A stretch of 64,000 bases of DNA. Origin: Candidatus Aenigmatarchaeota archaeon (GTDB taxonomy: Archaea > Aenigmatarchaeota > Aenigmatarchaeia > PWEA01). The position numbers and the translations under genes are program-made. The notes beneath the pieces were generated by a model. It was not told the DNA's origin, searched no databases, and saw only the letters and a list, made by a program, of their open reading frames with translations. This document shows positions 19,044 to 28,463 of the stretch, one piece after another (positions within the stretch are counted from its first letter, which is position 1; each line of letters opens with the position of its first letter). The stretch covers positions 25,352 to 89,351 of the forward strand of contig JBKHHD010000004.1 in NCBI GenBank assembly GCA_046539325.1, written 5' to 3'.

Positions 19044-19175
19044 TTAGGACAGCATCCTGTCCTGGTAGTCCTTTGCCTTGCCTTCTTCGTCCAGTCCGAG
19101 GCCAGAGATATGTGAATGCGAACCTATACGTTCGAACTCCTCGACGTCTTCAGAAACTTCCTCTATTTCTACCAC
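19044..19175 (-). pseudogene. 43-aa N-terminal stub of TIP49/RuvB-like helicase
   Basis: GTG start after SD GGTGAT; MVEIEEV...FERIGSHSHISGLGLDEEGKAK matches the TIP49 N-terminus; stop, then T-tract. Confidence 0.7.
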
Positions 19176-19287
19176 TGTATCACCAATCTTTTTTGAAAGA
19201 GGTTATGACTTAAAAATATTAAGTAAGTTGGGTTACCGAAAATAAAAATAAGAGAAGGAAAGTTTTTAGGAATTTTCTTACTCTTTT

Positions 19288-19503
19288 CTATTCCTTCCAC
19301 ACCCCCGAAAGAATGGAAAATCCTGTGAGCACTGCAGCCGATAGAACGACATAGTCTCCTGCAGGCTGATATCCTGCGAGTCCTGCTCCGGTCTCCACGA
19401 CGAAGATTACTACGAAAAAGGCCAGTATCGACAGGATAAGCATTACTATAGCGGCGACGATATTACCAGAGATCCCGGAAAGTACCTTTTTGGCAGATGC
19501 CAT
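19288..19503 (-). CDS. small two-TM membrane protein
   Basis: 71-aa hydrophobic ORF, SD GGGGTGAT. Confidence 0.75.
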   Translation of the reverse strand: MASAKKVLSGISGNIVAAIVMLILSILAFFVVIFVVETGAGLAGYQPAGDYVVLSAAVLTGFSILSGVWKE

Positions 19504-19567
19504 TTAATCACCCCACTGCTTATTACTTCTTCAGAAATAAAAAATTATCCTTGTATACACGGTGATC

Positions 19568-20053
19568 TTACTTTAATTTGTTCAGAACTTTCTTTAATTC
19601 CGAAAGGGAGGTAACAATCTTTCCGCCGTTCTCCTTTACGAAGTACTCGACCTGAAGATTCACAGATGTTCCGAGGTTTTCCGAGGAAAGTCTGAAATCA
19701 CTCCTGTAGCCAATAATCTTCTTTCCAATTCCTGCTGCGTAGCCGACTTCTGAGGCCGTGCCACTATCGACATCAGAGCCTTCGAGAATTGCCAAAATTA
19801 GATCACAGTTTTGAATTGATTTTCTATTCATCTCACCAATTTCTCTGTCCAGTTCAGCCAGTTTATCTCTTCTTTCGTCTATATCCGATATGTTTCCCAG
19901 CTTCTTTACTTTGTCATCAGGGATGTTGCTAAAAGGGTTTATGACATCAAACCCGAGTTCCTCGACTTCAGGGATCAACTCTTCTTGAAGGAAGTATCTA
20001 CCTGGCTCAGAAAAACCCAAAGGATTGGCAAGGTATACCGTCTTCTTATTCAT
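19568..20053 (-). CDS. nucleoside 2-deoxyribosyltransferase family protein
   Basis: VYLANP, DVDSGTASEVGYA, DFR, NL motifs. Confidence 0.92.
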   Translation of the reverse strand: MNKKTVYLANPLGFSEPGRYFLQEELIPEVEELGFDVINPFSNIPDDKVKKLGNISDIDERRDKLAELDREIGEMNRKSIQNCDLILAILEGSDVDSGTASEVGYAAGIGKKIIGYRSDFRLSSENLGTSVNLQVEYFVKENGGKIVTSLSELKKVLNKLK

Positions 20054-20074
20054 ACTTATCCAAACTGCTTGAAC

Positions 20075-20653
20075 CTAGTAAGTTTTGTTTTCTGGTAAAC
20101 TTTCGTAAAGATTTTCTGATTCCAAGTAGTTTCCGCCCATTTCTTTGAAATCCTTTGAAAGAATTTTTTCGAAGTCTGTTTCTTCGAGTATATCTTCACA
20201 TTCATCCAAGGCCTCGTAAACTTCTCTGTATCTTTCAGTGATTTCATCTGAGAAATATCCAGATTCAAAGCCTCCCATAAAAAAATCGTAAAGGTTCTCA
20301 TGCTCAGGATAAGAGCTTTCAAAAGGCGTATACTTAGAGGCTTGACCTTCCATCAGTTCGGCATATAGATTCTTCTCTTCGGGGCTGAAATTACGGCCAG
20401 ACATTCTTTCGTACTGCAATGGATGTATTCCTTCATGGATTGCTGTGAAATTCTCCCTTTCAGTACCAAGGTAATCACTGTTTATGGCCACCGTTCCGTT
20501 TATAGGTGAATAAACGCCAACTACGTTTTCAGGAACCCCGGCGTCTTCGGCATCAAAGGTTCCCACGGAGGTTATGTAATCCTCCACATTGAGTTCTTCA
20601 GTAACAGTATTTACCTTTTCTGCAAAGGTCTCGTTTCCGTAATTCTCCTTCAT
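20075..20653 (-). CDS. hypothetical acidic protein with HExxH zincin-like motif
   Basis: GVY...IN...AIHEGIH..Q...LMEG. Confidence 0.55.
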   Translation of the reverse strand: MKENYGNETFAEKVNTVTEELNVEDYITSVGTFDAEDAGVPENVVGVYSPINGTVAINSDYLGTERENFTAIHEGIHPLQYERMSGRNFSPEEKNLYAELMEGQASKYTPFESSYPEHENLYDFFMGGFESGYFSDEITERYREVYEALDECEDILEETDFEKILSKDFKEMGGNYLESENLYESLPENKTY

Positions 20654-20670
20654 TTTATCACAAAGCTATC

Positions 20671-21078
20671 TCATATTTTTCTTAAAAACTTCCTACCTGA
20701 AACTACCAAAAGTATCGTTGAAACCATGGGGAGAAAACTTATTAAGCGTACTCCAATATTCGGCTGTGTCAGCTCAAAGAAGCCAGGACGTCCAAGGATT
20801 CCAAGAGAAGTGAAGATAACAGCAGATGAAAAGAGGAGATAGCTTCCTGTAAACTTTCTATTTCTTATGTAATCCGAGGCTACAAAGAGAGCTAGTAATG
20901 AAAAGACAAGTCCTATGGTTCCCGAAGCACTCAACACTTTTTCGCCTGTTCTAAAGAGTCCAATCCCGAAATCAAAGAGCGAGGAAAGGATTCCTAAAAA
21001 GGAACCTAAGACTGCATATCCAAACTCTCTGGATATTATTATCTGACATTTTCCGCTGATCCTTTGAAATTCTGTCAT
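20671..21078 (-). CDS. hypothetical membrane protein (about 4 TM)
   Basis: Hydrophobic 135-aa ORF. Confidence 0.6.
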   Translation of the reverse strand: MTEFQRISGKCQIIISREFGYAVLGSFLGILSSLFDFGIGLFRTGEKVLSASGTIGLVFSLLALFVASDYIRNRKFTGSYLLFSSAVIFTSLGILGRPGFFELTQPNIGVRLISFLPMVSTILLVVSGRKFLRKI

Positions 21079-21179
21079 ATTAAACTAGTTGAAGTTTAGA
21101 AGGTAAAATTTATAAGATTTGCTTAGGCTCCCGGCTCTAAAAGGGGGAAAATTATAAGGATCGGGAACAACTTAAAAAC

Positions 21180-21386
21180 ATGGCTCCGGAGAAAAGGCTT
21201 TACAGAACAGAAGATAATAGGATATTGGGTGGTGTCTGTGGTGGGATAGCTGAGTACTTCGACGTGGATCCAACATTGATCAGGCTTCTTTGGGTAGGAT
21301 TTTCCCTCGCCTTCGGTGGAGGGCTCCTTGCATATATAATAGCTCTAATTATAATCCCGAAAAAATCAGATGTAGTTGAGAATTAA
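21180..21386 (+). CDS. PspC domain protein
   Basis: RLYR...GGVCGGIAEYFDVDPTLIR...AYII..IIP. Confidence 0.93.
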   Translation: MAPEKRLYRTEDNRILGGVCGGIAEYFDVDPTLIRLLWVGFSLAFGGGLLAYIIALIIIPKKSDVVEN

Positions 21387-21620
21387 AGTCCAGTACTGTT
21401 CTTCCGTGAACCTACTCATCTTCCTGGTTATCAGATCTCCGTGAAATAGCCATACTTTATTACCAAAATCAAAAACTTTTTAAAAAACCAAGTCTGATTT
21501 CAAAGCTTAAAACTATCCGTTTCTCAGTCCAGGAAAACAAATCAAAGCATGAGGCCAATATATTCCGTAGCCCTTTGATTGTAGCTTACCTCAGAACTTC
21601 TTTTATTTCCTCAATAAGCG

Positions 21621-21851
21621 TTAAATTTCAGGTTCTTCTATTTTCCTTATACTTGATAACTTTTCCAAGTATTCATCGAGAGAATAGTCAGTATTCTGTA
21701 TGTCGGTTATCTTATTGTCGTCATTTTTGGAACCAATTCTTTCACAGTCTCCTTTTTTCTCCGCCTTTAAAATTGGGTCAAAGTATCCTATGCTCTGAAG
21801 TCCCGGAACGTTCGAATTTCGAGAAAGGGTTTCAGGCGCCATAGATACCAT
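21621..21851 (-). CDS. hypothetical protein
   Basis: 76-aa ATG ORF with upstream TATA-like element. Confidence 0.4.
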   Translation of the reverse strand: MVSMAPETLSRNSNVPGLQSIGYFDPILKAEKKGDCERIGSKNDDNKITDIQNTDYSLDEYLEKLSSIRKIEEPEI

Positions 21852-21958
21852 CTAATGTAGTTATTGTTCTTTAATTTATTTAAAATTTCACATATTAATA
21901 CGAAATTCGTAATATTCAGGTATTTCAGAAATTTAAGCCTTGAACGGTAAGTAAGGGT

Positions 21959-22435
21959 ATGAAGTACGTCAAACCGCTCAAGCTGGCCCTTTCAATACTT
22001 ATCAGTCTTAGCGCCGGCTTCATAGGCTCCTTCTTCACTGCGCAAACCGTGGATACGTGGTACGCAGGACTAGAGTTGCCAAGGTTTGCACCCCCGGGCT
22101 ACATTATAAGTGTTATCTGGATTGTTCTGTATGTTCTCATGGGCATAGCTCTCTACCTCGTACTTACAAAGGATATCTCAGAGAGAAACGTTCAACTGGC
22201 TATTGGTGTATTTGGAGTCCAGCTCTTCCTTAACGCTATATGGTCCTATCTTTTCTTCGGACTTACTTCACCTCTTTACGGCCTAATAGGAATCATAGCT
22301 CTCTGGATAGCTGTAGCCTCTACCATCTACACATTTCAGGAAGTTTCAAAGAAAGCGTCCTACCTCCTTTACCCGTACATAATCTGGGTCACTATAGCTC
22401 TGATCTTGAACTACTTGATATACGTTATGAACTAA
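21959..22435 (+). CDS. tspO: TspO/MBR family protein
   Basis: WY..L..P...PP, W..LY..MG, QL.LN..WS.LFFG, L.PY..W. Confidence 0.95.
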   Translation: MKYVKPLKLALSILISLSAGFIGSFFTAQTVDTWYAGLELPRFAPPGYIISVIWIVLYVLMGIALYLVLTKDISERNVQLAIGVFGVQLFLNAIWSYLFFGLTSPLYGLIGIIALWIAVASTIYTFQEVSKKASYLLYPYIIWVTIALILNYLIYVMN

Positions 22436-22454
22436 TTTATTACCTAGAAAGAAA

Positions 22455-23129
22455 TCATCTAGACTTTAACTCTCTCTGCTCCATGTAAGAACCTACATTG
22501 CTCTCATCCTGGATTTCTGGCCAGAAATTTTTAGACTCATAGTCCTTTGGAATCTTGTCTTCTTCCTTCAGGATCTCAAATATCTCGTGTCTGTAGTTAT
22601 TCAAGAGCTTAGCATCATCAAGGTCCTGCTCTCGACTTTTTTCAGAACGGGTAACAGTATCGTTGTATGCCTTTTTCTTGGCCCTGATAAGCTGGTCTGG
22701 ATTGGGAACATTAAGATCAAGATTCTCTATCTCTGGAAAGTCTTCATTGAAGTCAACCGTTAGTTCCTTCTCTTTTTCTAGATCATCCATAAATGGATAG
22801 TCGGTTATAAGGTCTATGAATGTCTCAGGTTTTCCAGGATTGGGGACCCTTGCCTCAGAAATTTTATCCCTCGGGAGGCGGGCGCCGCTCCTACCTGCGC
22901 TAAAATTATATTCCTCGGCCAGTTCAAAGACAGGAAGAATATCGTTCGTTGCAATATCTACGTCATCGGTTTCTCTGTATTTATGCACTTCGCCTTCGCC
23001 TTTTGTCTTTTCTAATAAATATCTAAATGCTATTCCACCGACAAGATAGCCTTGAATTTCTTTTCCATGGTCACCAAGAACTTCGTCAAACTCCTCTATC
23101 GTTTCGTAAGCTTCATCCCAGGTTTTCAT
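22455..23129 (-). CDS. nucleotidyltransferase-fold protein (AbiEii/DUF6036-like)
   Basis: YLVGGIA...RETDDVDI...IDL...LIRAK...REQDLDD. Confidence 0.65.
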   Translation of the reverse strand: MKTWDEAYETIEEFDEVLGDHGKEIQGYLVGGIAFRYLLEKTKGEGEVHKYRETDDVDIATNDILPVFELAEEYNFSAGRSGARLPRDKISEARVPNPGKPETFIDLITDYPFMDDLEKEKELTVDFNEDFPEIENLDLNVPNPDQLIRAKKKAYNDTVTRSEKSREQDLDDAKLLNNYRHEIFEILKEEDKIPKDYESKNFWPEIQDESNVGSYMEQRELKSR

Positions 23130-23305
23130 AGTAATTACTTATCAGTAACAATATATAAAACTTTTCTTTGTTGTGATCCGCACCTTCTAACCTTATATTA
23201 TCTTTCTACTTTATAGTTTATTAATAACTTGAGCAGAAATGGCCTTGCCTTTCGCCCATATTTAAATATTACAACCCATAAACCATACACATCTAAGGCG
23301 GTAGC

Positions 23306-24811
23306 ATGTCCGAGGAAACTAAAGACAAGGAGAAGGAAAAGCTGAAAAATCTTCAGAAACTCAGCGAGAGAGGAATGAATCCCTACGATTCTTATAGATA
23401 CGATAGAACGCACACCTGCCAGGAGATAGTCGACGAATTTGAGAAACTTCAAGGCAGTCGAGCAAAGGTCTGCGGAAGAATAGTTGCTATACGGGAACAC
23501 GGAAAGATAATATTCATGGATATTAAAGACAGGAGTGGTACTTTACAAGTTGTATTGAGGAAGGATGAGGTGGGTGAAGGCTTCGAAAACCTAAGCCTTC
23601 TTGGAAGAGGCGACTTTCTGGGCGTCGAGGGAGAAGTAGACAAGACCAGTCACGGTGAGAAATCGGTCATGGCCGAAAGTTTCAAAATCCTCTCAAAGGC
23701 CCTTAGAGATATTCCGCCCAGAGGACAGAAGCTTGAGAATCCAGAAAAGAGGTACAGGCAGCGTTATCTTGACCTTATATCCAACGAGGAGACGAAGGAA
23801 GTCTTCAGGAAGAGACATGAAACCACAAAGGCTATGAAGGAGTTTCTCCACAAGAAGGAGTTCATAGAAGTCGAGACGCCTATCCTGCAGGAAATATACG
23901 GCGGAGCTCTGGCAAGACCTTTCAAGACCTATCATAATACTTTGGATCGTGAATTCTACCTGAGGATATCAGACGAGCTGTACCTAAAAAGGCTTATAGT
24001 CGGGGACTACGAGAAGGTCTACGAGATCGTCAAGGACTTCCGAAACGAGGGAATCGACACCACACATAATCCCGAATTCACACAGATGGAGTGCTACTGG
24101 GCCTTTGCCGATTACAAAGATATGATGGGTCTTACGGAAGAGATGATTTCATATATAGCTAAAGAGGTTCTAGGTACTACGAAGTTGGAGTACAACGGCA
24201 AAGAGATAGATCTCTCGACACCGTGGGAGAGAATAACCATGCTCGAAGGGTTGAAGGAGTACGCAGGAATAGATGCGGACGGAATGACGAGAAAGGAGCT
24301 GGCTATAAAGGCTGAAAATAACGGCCTTGAAGTCGATAAAAACGACTTTTGGGGCGATCTAGTCGCTTTACTGTTTGAAGAGCTTGTTGAAGAGGAGTTG
24401 GTACAGCCCACTTTTGTATATGACTACCCTGTCGAGATCTCACCACTTGCGAAGAGGAAGAGGGGCGACGACAGGCTTACGGAAAGGTTTGAAATATTTA
24501 TAGCAGGTGATGAATTCGGAAATGCTTACTCCGAGCTTAACAACCCGATAGAACAGAAGAAGCGCTTCGAGGAACAGATGAAGTTGAGAGAAGAAGGAGA
24601 TATGGAAGCTCACGGAATGGATAAGGACTATATACGCGCTTTAGAATACGGAATGCCTCCTACTGCTGGCCTCGGTATAGGTATAGATCGACTTGTTATG
24701 TTGTTTACAGACAAACAGTCTATAAAGGAGGTCATAGCCTTTCCACAGATGGCAGAGGAGGAAGGAGAGATAGAGCTTCGCAGCGATAAAGTAGACGGGG
24801 AGAATTTTTAG
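23306..24811 (+). CDS. lysS: lysyl-tRNA synthetase, class II
   Basis: OB fold, RYRQRYLDL, EVETP, GGALARPF, FRNEGID, HNPEFT, EYGMPPTAGLGIGIDR. Confidence 0.97.
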   Translation: MSEETKDKEKEKLKNLQKLSERGMNPYDSYRYDRTHTCQEIVDEFEKLQGSRAKVCGRIVAIREHGKIIFMDIKDRSGTLQVVLRKDEVGEGFENLSLLGRGDFLGVEGEVDKTSHGEKSVMAESFKILSKALRDIPPRGQKLENPEKRYRQRYLDLISNEETKEVFRKRHETTKAMKEFLHKKEFIEVETPILQEIYGGALARPFKTYHNTLDREFYLRISDELYLKRLIVGDYEKVYEIVKDFRNEGIDTTHNPEFTQMECYWAFADYKDMMGLTEEMISYIAKEVLGTTKLEYNGKEIDLSTPWERITMLEGLKEYAGIDADGMTRKELAIKAENNGLEVDKNDFWGDLVALLFEELVEEELVQPTFVYDYPVEISPLAKRKRGDDRLTERFEIFIAGDEFGNAYSELNNPIEQKKRFEEQMKLREEGDMEAHGMDKDYIRALEYGMPPTAGLGIGIDRLVMLFTDKQSIKEVIAFPQMAEEEGEIELRSDKVDGENF

Positions 24812-24847
24812 TTTTATATAGAAAATCAAGCAAACGAAGTACTTATC

Positions 24848-25399
24848 ATGAGCCTTTTTACTGCAATACAGTCGATCACAGGAAACAGTGCCTTGAATAG
24901 CCTTATGGTATTTTCTGCTAAGTATCTTGTCCTTGTAGTCCCTGTTTCTCTCATCTATCTATGGATATCCAAGAGAGATGAAAACGGAAGATCCGACTCC
25001 TTGTTTAGTTTCTTCAATGTTTTATTAGGGCTTGTTATATCATACATTATAGGAATCTTTTATTTCCACGGAACGCCTTACATGCAGGGATTTGATACCA
25101 TACTAACGGATGCAGCTGAGAACTCCTTTCCGAGCCAACACACGACTGTAGTTTTCTCACTAGTCTGGTCCCTTGTCTACAAACAAAGGAAGAAGCTATC
25201 CTGGATAGCCGGGTCTGCGGCTGTGCTGACAGGATTCGCAAGGATCTACACAGGTCTACACTTTCCTATAGATATCATTGGAGGGATAGGAGCCTCGGTT
25301 CTGGGTTTTCTTATATCCCTTTGTCTTGAAGGTTACATGAAAAGGATCTCTGAATTTATTGAAGCTCTTGAAGAAAGGATACTATCGAGGCTACAGTAA
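24848..25399 (+). CDS. PAP2 phosphatase (BcrC/undecaprenyl-diphosphatase-like)
   Basis: SFPSQH and ARIYTGLHFPIDI motifs, TM helices. Confidence 0.9.
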   Translation: MSLFTAIQSITGNSALNSLMVFSAKYLVLVVPVSLIYLWISKRDENGRSDSLFSFFNVLLGLVISYIIGIFYFHGTPYMQGFDTILTDAAENSFPSQHTTVVFSLVWSLVYKQRKKLSWIAGSAAVLTGFARIYTGLHFPIDIIGGIGASVLGFLISLCLEGYMKRISEFIEALEERILSRLQ

Positions 25400-25440
25400 G
25401 CTTTAAAAACAAAAAGAAAAAGACATCTGACGGTGATGGG

Positions 25441-26202
25441 ATGCTCTGGTATCTGACAATACTTTCAATACTATCGACTCTGTCTGCTGTAATAATTTTC
25501 ATATTCCTCTTACTCAGAAAAGAGCATCTACAGTCATTCAAATTCTTCCTTCTTGGAATATTCCTAATGATAATAGATTTTTTAGTAGAATACACAGGAA
25601 CTAGCCGAGGTATGTGGACCTACCACCAGTCTATGTTTTTCATAAAAGGCCTGGTCCCCATAGAACTAATGTTCCTTTTCTTTTCAGCAGGTGTATTAGC
25701 TGCATTCTTCCATACAAAGATAAGCAAAATAGAAACGCCAATCAGAATAGATTTCATCCTCTATTTTTTCATTTTAGTCACCTTTCTGCACTATATACGT
25801 AGTATCTATATGACGGGCAGCGGGGATCTCCTCTACTTGTCCATAACCATAGGCCTTTGGGGTCTTTACAATATCTCGGAGAAGAACAAAGAAAGTGCTC
25901 TCATGCTCGCCTTTCTGGCTGCAGTGTTGGACTTCGTAGCTGAAAAAATAGTAATAGGTGCAGGAGGATATAGTTACCAGCATGGCTTCGACATCTCGAT
26001 TCCGATACTATATGCACTCCTGACCCTTGGCCTGCTCGCAGTACTTGAGAAAATGGACAAGCTGGACGAGCTTCTCGAGCATCCTCTAGTTAAAAGAATT
26101 CTGAAGACAGTGGGCGTGAAAAGGGAAAAATACAAGGACAAGTTCAACAACATCAAGGAAAGACTCGAGGAAAAGATGAAAGAAAAGAGTGGACTGGTCT
26201 AA
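25441..26202 (+). CDS. hypothetical multi-pass membrane protein
   Basis: About 7 hydrophobic segments; repeated D..E.....G.(W/Y).Y pattern. Confidence 0.75.
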   Translation: MLWYLTILSILSTLSAVIIFIFLLLRKEHLQSFKFFLLGIFLMIIDFLVEYTGTSRGMWTYHQSMFFIKGLVPIELMFLFFSAGVLAAFFHTKISKIETPIRIDFILYFFILVTFLHYIRSIYMTGSGDLLYLSITIGLWGLYNISEKNKESALMLAFLAAVLDFVAEKIVIGAGGYSYQHGFDISIPILYALLTLGLLAVLEKMDKLDELLEHPLVKRILKTVGVKREKYKDKFNNIKERLEEKMKEKSGLV

Positions 26203-26354
26203 TGTACCTTTAGTCAAGGATGAACCAGTTTTGGTTACTTATTCTACAGACCTGCTTTGTGGTACTCAATAAAGATCGCAAGGGTATAATGACACCTTTG
26301 AAGGAGAAGGATTCCTTGAATGCGTCATAAATGCGGGGTTCATTTTCAGAGCCT

Positions 26355-26604
26355 TCAACCCATCAGGGACCTGTACTGGTTTTCCTTGCCTTCGTCTAAT
26401 TTCCCTGTGGTGAATTCATTCTTTCCCTCGTCCTTGAGGTCTTGAAGAACCATCAGCATTTTATAGCGCGGAGGCTCTGAATCAGGGTTTGCGACTTCCT
26501 CGGTAATATCTTCTATCGTAAAGCTTCCTTCATTGTATTTGTTCCCGATTACATCTCTAACGCTTTTTTTTCAGTTCTCCGTTTATCTCGTAACACTTAA
26601 CCAC
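26355..26604 (-). pseudogene. small wHTH-like gene frameshifted at an A8 run
   Basis: SD GAGGTG, GTG 26604; removing one A from the run at 26564-26571 gives one 82-aa frame (FTIEDITEEV...VLQDLKDEGK) ending TGA 26355. Confidence 0.55.
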
Positions 26605-26711
26605 TAAGCACACCTCTTATGCATTGTTGAGAGATAAGCTTAAATATCTCAATAATCTTCTCATCAGATCCTCAAATTTTTAGTAAGTTGAAAACAAAAT
26701 AATGTAACACT

Positions 26712-26855
26712 ATGACGAAAAAGTTTTTCGAATGTCAGGTCTGTGGGGATATCCACTACGGTGAGGCGGGTCCAGCTATCTGCCCAACCTGTGGCTCAGA
26801 GGAAGCGTACGAAGAGACTGAGGAAATAGAAGCAAGGGAGGCGATGGGCCTCTGA
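26712..26855 (+). CDS. rubredoxin-like small protein (47 aa)
   Basis: ECQVCGDIH...PAICPTCG; its stop overlaps the next ATG (TGATG); below the ORF-track cutoff. Confidence 0.85.
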   Translation: MTKKFFECQVCGDIHYGEAGPAICPTCGSEEAYEETEEIEAREAMGL

Positions 26856-27571
26856 TGAAGACCGAAGCAGAGATTAAAAAGATAAGTGAGGAGACACATG
26901 ACGTTAAGACCTTTAGACTTGATCCGGAAAAAACTGTAGACTTTACACCCGGACAGTACTGCTTAGTTTCAATAATTGGTTCTGAGGAACACAAAGGAAC
27001 GGAAAAACCCTTCACTTATGCCAACTCGCCTATGGAGAACTACGTGGAGCTAGCTATAAAGAAAATCGGCGAGTTCACGGCAGCTCTCCATAACTTGGAA
27101 GAAGGAGACAAGCTGCTTCTGGACGGCCCAAGAGGTGAGTCGTTGAATTTTGACGAAACTGTGGAAGAGGATGTTGTTTTCCTTGCCGGAGGTTCGGGTA
27201 TAACTCCTTTCATCTCTGCGATCCGCTACTCAATAGATAAAGAACTTTCTAATAAAATGACGGTTATATTCAGCAACCGGACCGAGGAGGATATAATTTA
27301 CAGAGAAGAACTGCAAAATATCAACAATCGGAAAAAAATAAAAGTGGTTAACACGCTGACCGATAATTGGCCTGAGGACTGGGAGGGGGAGACGGGACTG
27401 ATAGATAATGAAATGTTAGAAAGACATGTAAAAGGTGTCAAGGACAAAATCTGGTACATCTGCGGTCCGCCGCCGATGATAGACGACATGGAAGATCTGC
27501 TGCTATCGAAAGACGTACCTCAGGAAAGGCTTAGATACGAGAACTGGATGATCCCTGGTAAGGGAAATTAA
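26855..27571 (+). CDS. FAD/NAD(P)-binding oxidoreductase, ferredoxin-NADP reductase family
   Basis: FTPGQY, GPRG, LAGGSGITPF, YICGPPPM. Confidence 0.92.
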   Translation: MKTEAEIKKISEETHDVKTFRLDPEKTVDFTPGQYCLVSIIGSEEHKGTEKPFTYANSPMENYVELAIKKIGEFTAALHNLEEGDKLLLDGPRGESLNFDETVEEDVVFLAGGSGITPFISAIRYSIDKELSNKMTVIFSNRTEEDIIYREELQNINNRKKIKVVNTLTDNWPEDWEGETGLIDNEMLERHVKGVKDKIWYICGPPPMIDDMEDLLLSKDVPQERLRYENWMIPGKGN

Positions 27572-27577
27572 CTTTTT

Positions 27578-27724
27578 TCACCGTTTGGAGTAAACTATTA
27601 AATCAGAAAAGATGTCATACGCTTCCTCCTTTTCACCGTAAGGAGGAAACATTTCCAAAGTAGTCTGCAGCCCTTCTTCATAAATTCTTGTTTTTTCACT
27701 TAGTTCTTTCTTCCCACTTCCCAT
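27578..27724 (-). CDS. small hypothetical protein (48 aa)
   Basis: MGSGKKELSEK...YSKR* fills the gap downstream of the MBL gene. Confidence 0.35.
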   Translation of the reverse strand: MGSGKKELSEKTRIYEEGLQTTLEMFPPYGEKEEAYDIFSDLIVYSKR

Positions 27725-27731
27725 TTCCACA

Positions 27732-28376
27732 TCACTGTATCTGGGAAAGTATATTTTCTATGGCACCGTCATCGTATATATTTTTCTCCGAGGCTGGAGT
27801 TCCATGTCCAGGAAGAAGTACGGATATATCTCCAAGGTTTTTGATTCTTCTCAGCGACTCCTTTATCTTTTCCTCGCTGCCGCCGGGTATATCCGTCCTA
27901 CCGAAACCATCAGTAAAAATTAAATCACCGGAGATCAGAACTCCCTTGTCTTCGTCCCAGAGGACTATTGATCCAGGAGCATGGCCAGGTGTATGCAAAA
28001 CTTCAAAGCTGTACGTGGAAGTTTCAAGAGTCTCGTTCTCCTCTAATCTCTCGTCAACCTCCGGAGGTTCGAAGTCACCATCGAAGGCCTGCGAAAGGCT
28101 TCTTTCCTCAGTAAGTTCTGCGTTCTCATGAGCAAGGAGCTTCGCGCCTGTTTCCTCCTTGAGTTCCTCCGCGGCTCCGCAATGGTCGAAATGTTCGTGT
28201 GTCAGAACTATTCTTTTGATCTTGTTTTTGTCCACGTCAAATCTGTCCATCTGTTCCAACGTTTCTTCAACGAAGGAGCCAGTTCCTGCATCCACTAACA
28301 GCTCGTTGTCGATGCAGTAGACGTTTGAGTCCATACCGGCGCCATTCAGCAATAATATGTTTTCGGTTATTTGCAT
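27732..28376 (-). CDS. MBL-fold hydrolase (glyoxalase II-like)
   Basis: THEHFDH, HTPGHAPG, SGD, GRTD, PGHG. Confidence 0.92.
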   Translation of the reverse strand: MQITENILLLNGAGMDSNVYCIDNELLVDAGTGSFVEETLEQMDRFDVDKNKIKRIVLTHEHFDHCGAAEELKEETGAKLLAHENAELTEERSLSQAFDGDFEPPEVDERLEENETLETSTYSFEVLHTPGHAPGSIVLWDEDKGVLISGDLIFTDGFGRTDIPGGSEEKIKESLRRIKNLGDISVLLPGHGTPASEKNIYDDGAIENILSQIQ

Positions 28377-28463
28377 AAGCAAGTATTCTTCAGAAAAACT
28401 TAAATAGGTTGGTCTTCTTGAAAACTTAGAAATTTAAAGAAAGGAAGAAAAGACTTAAAGAGT

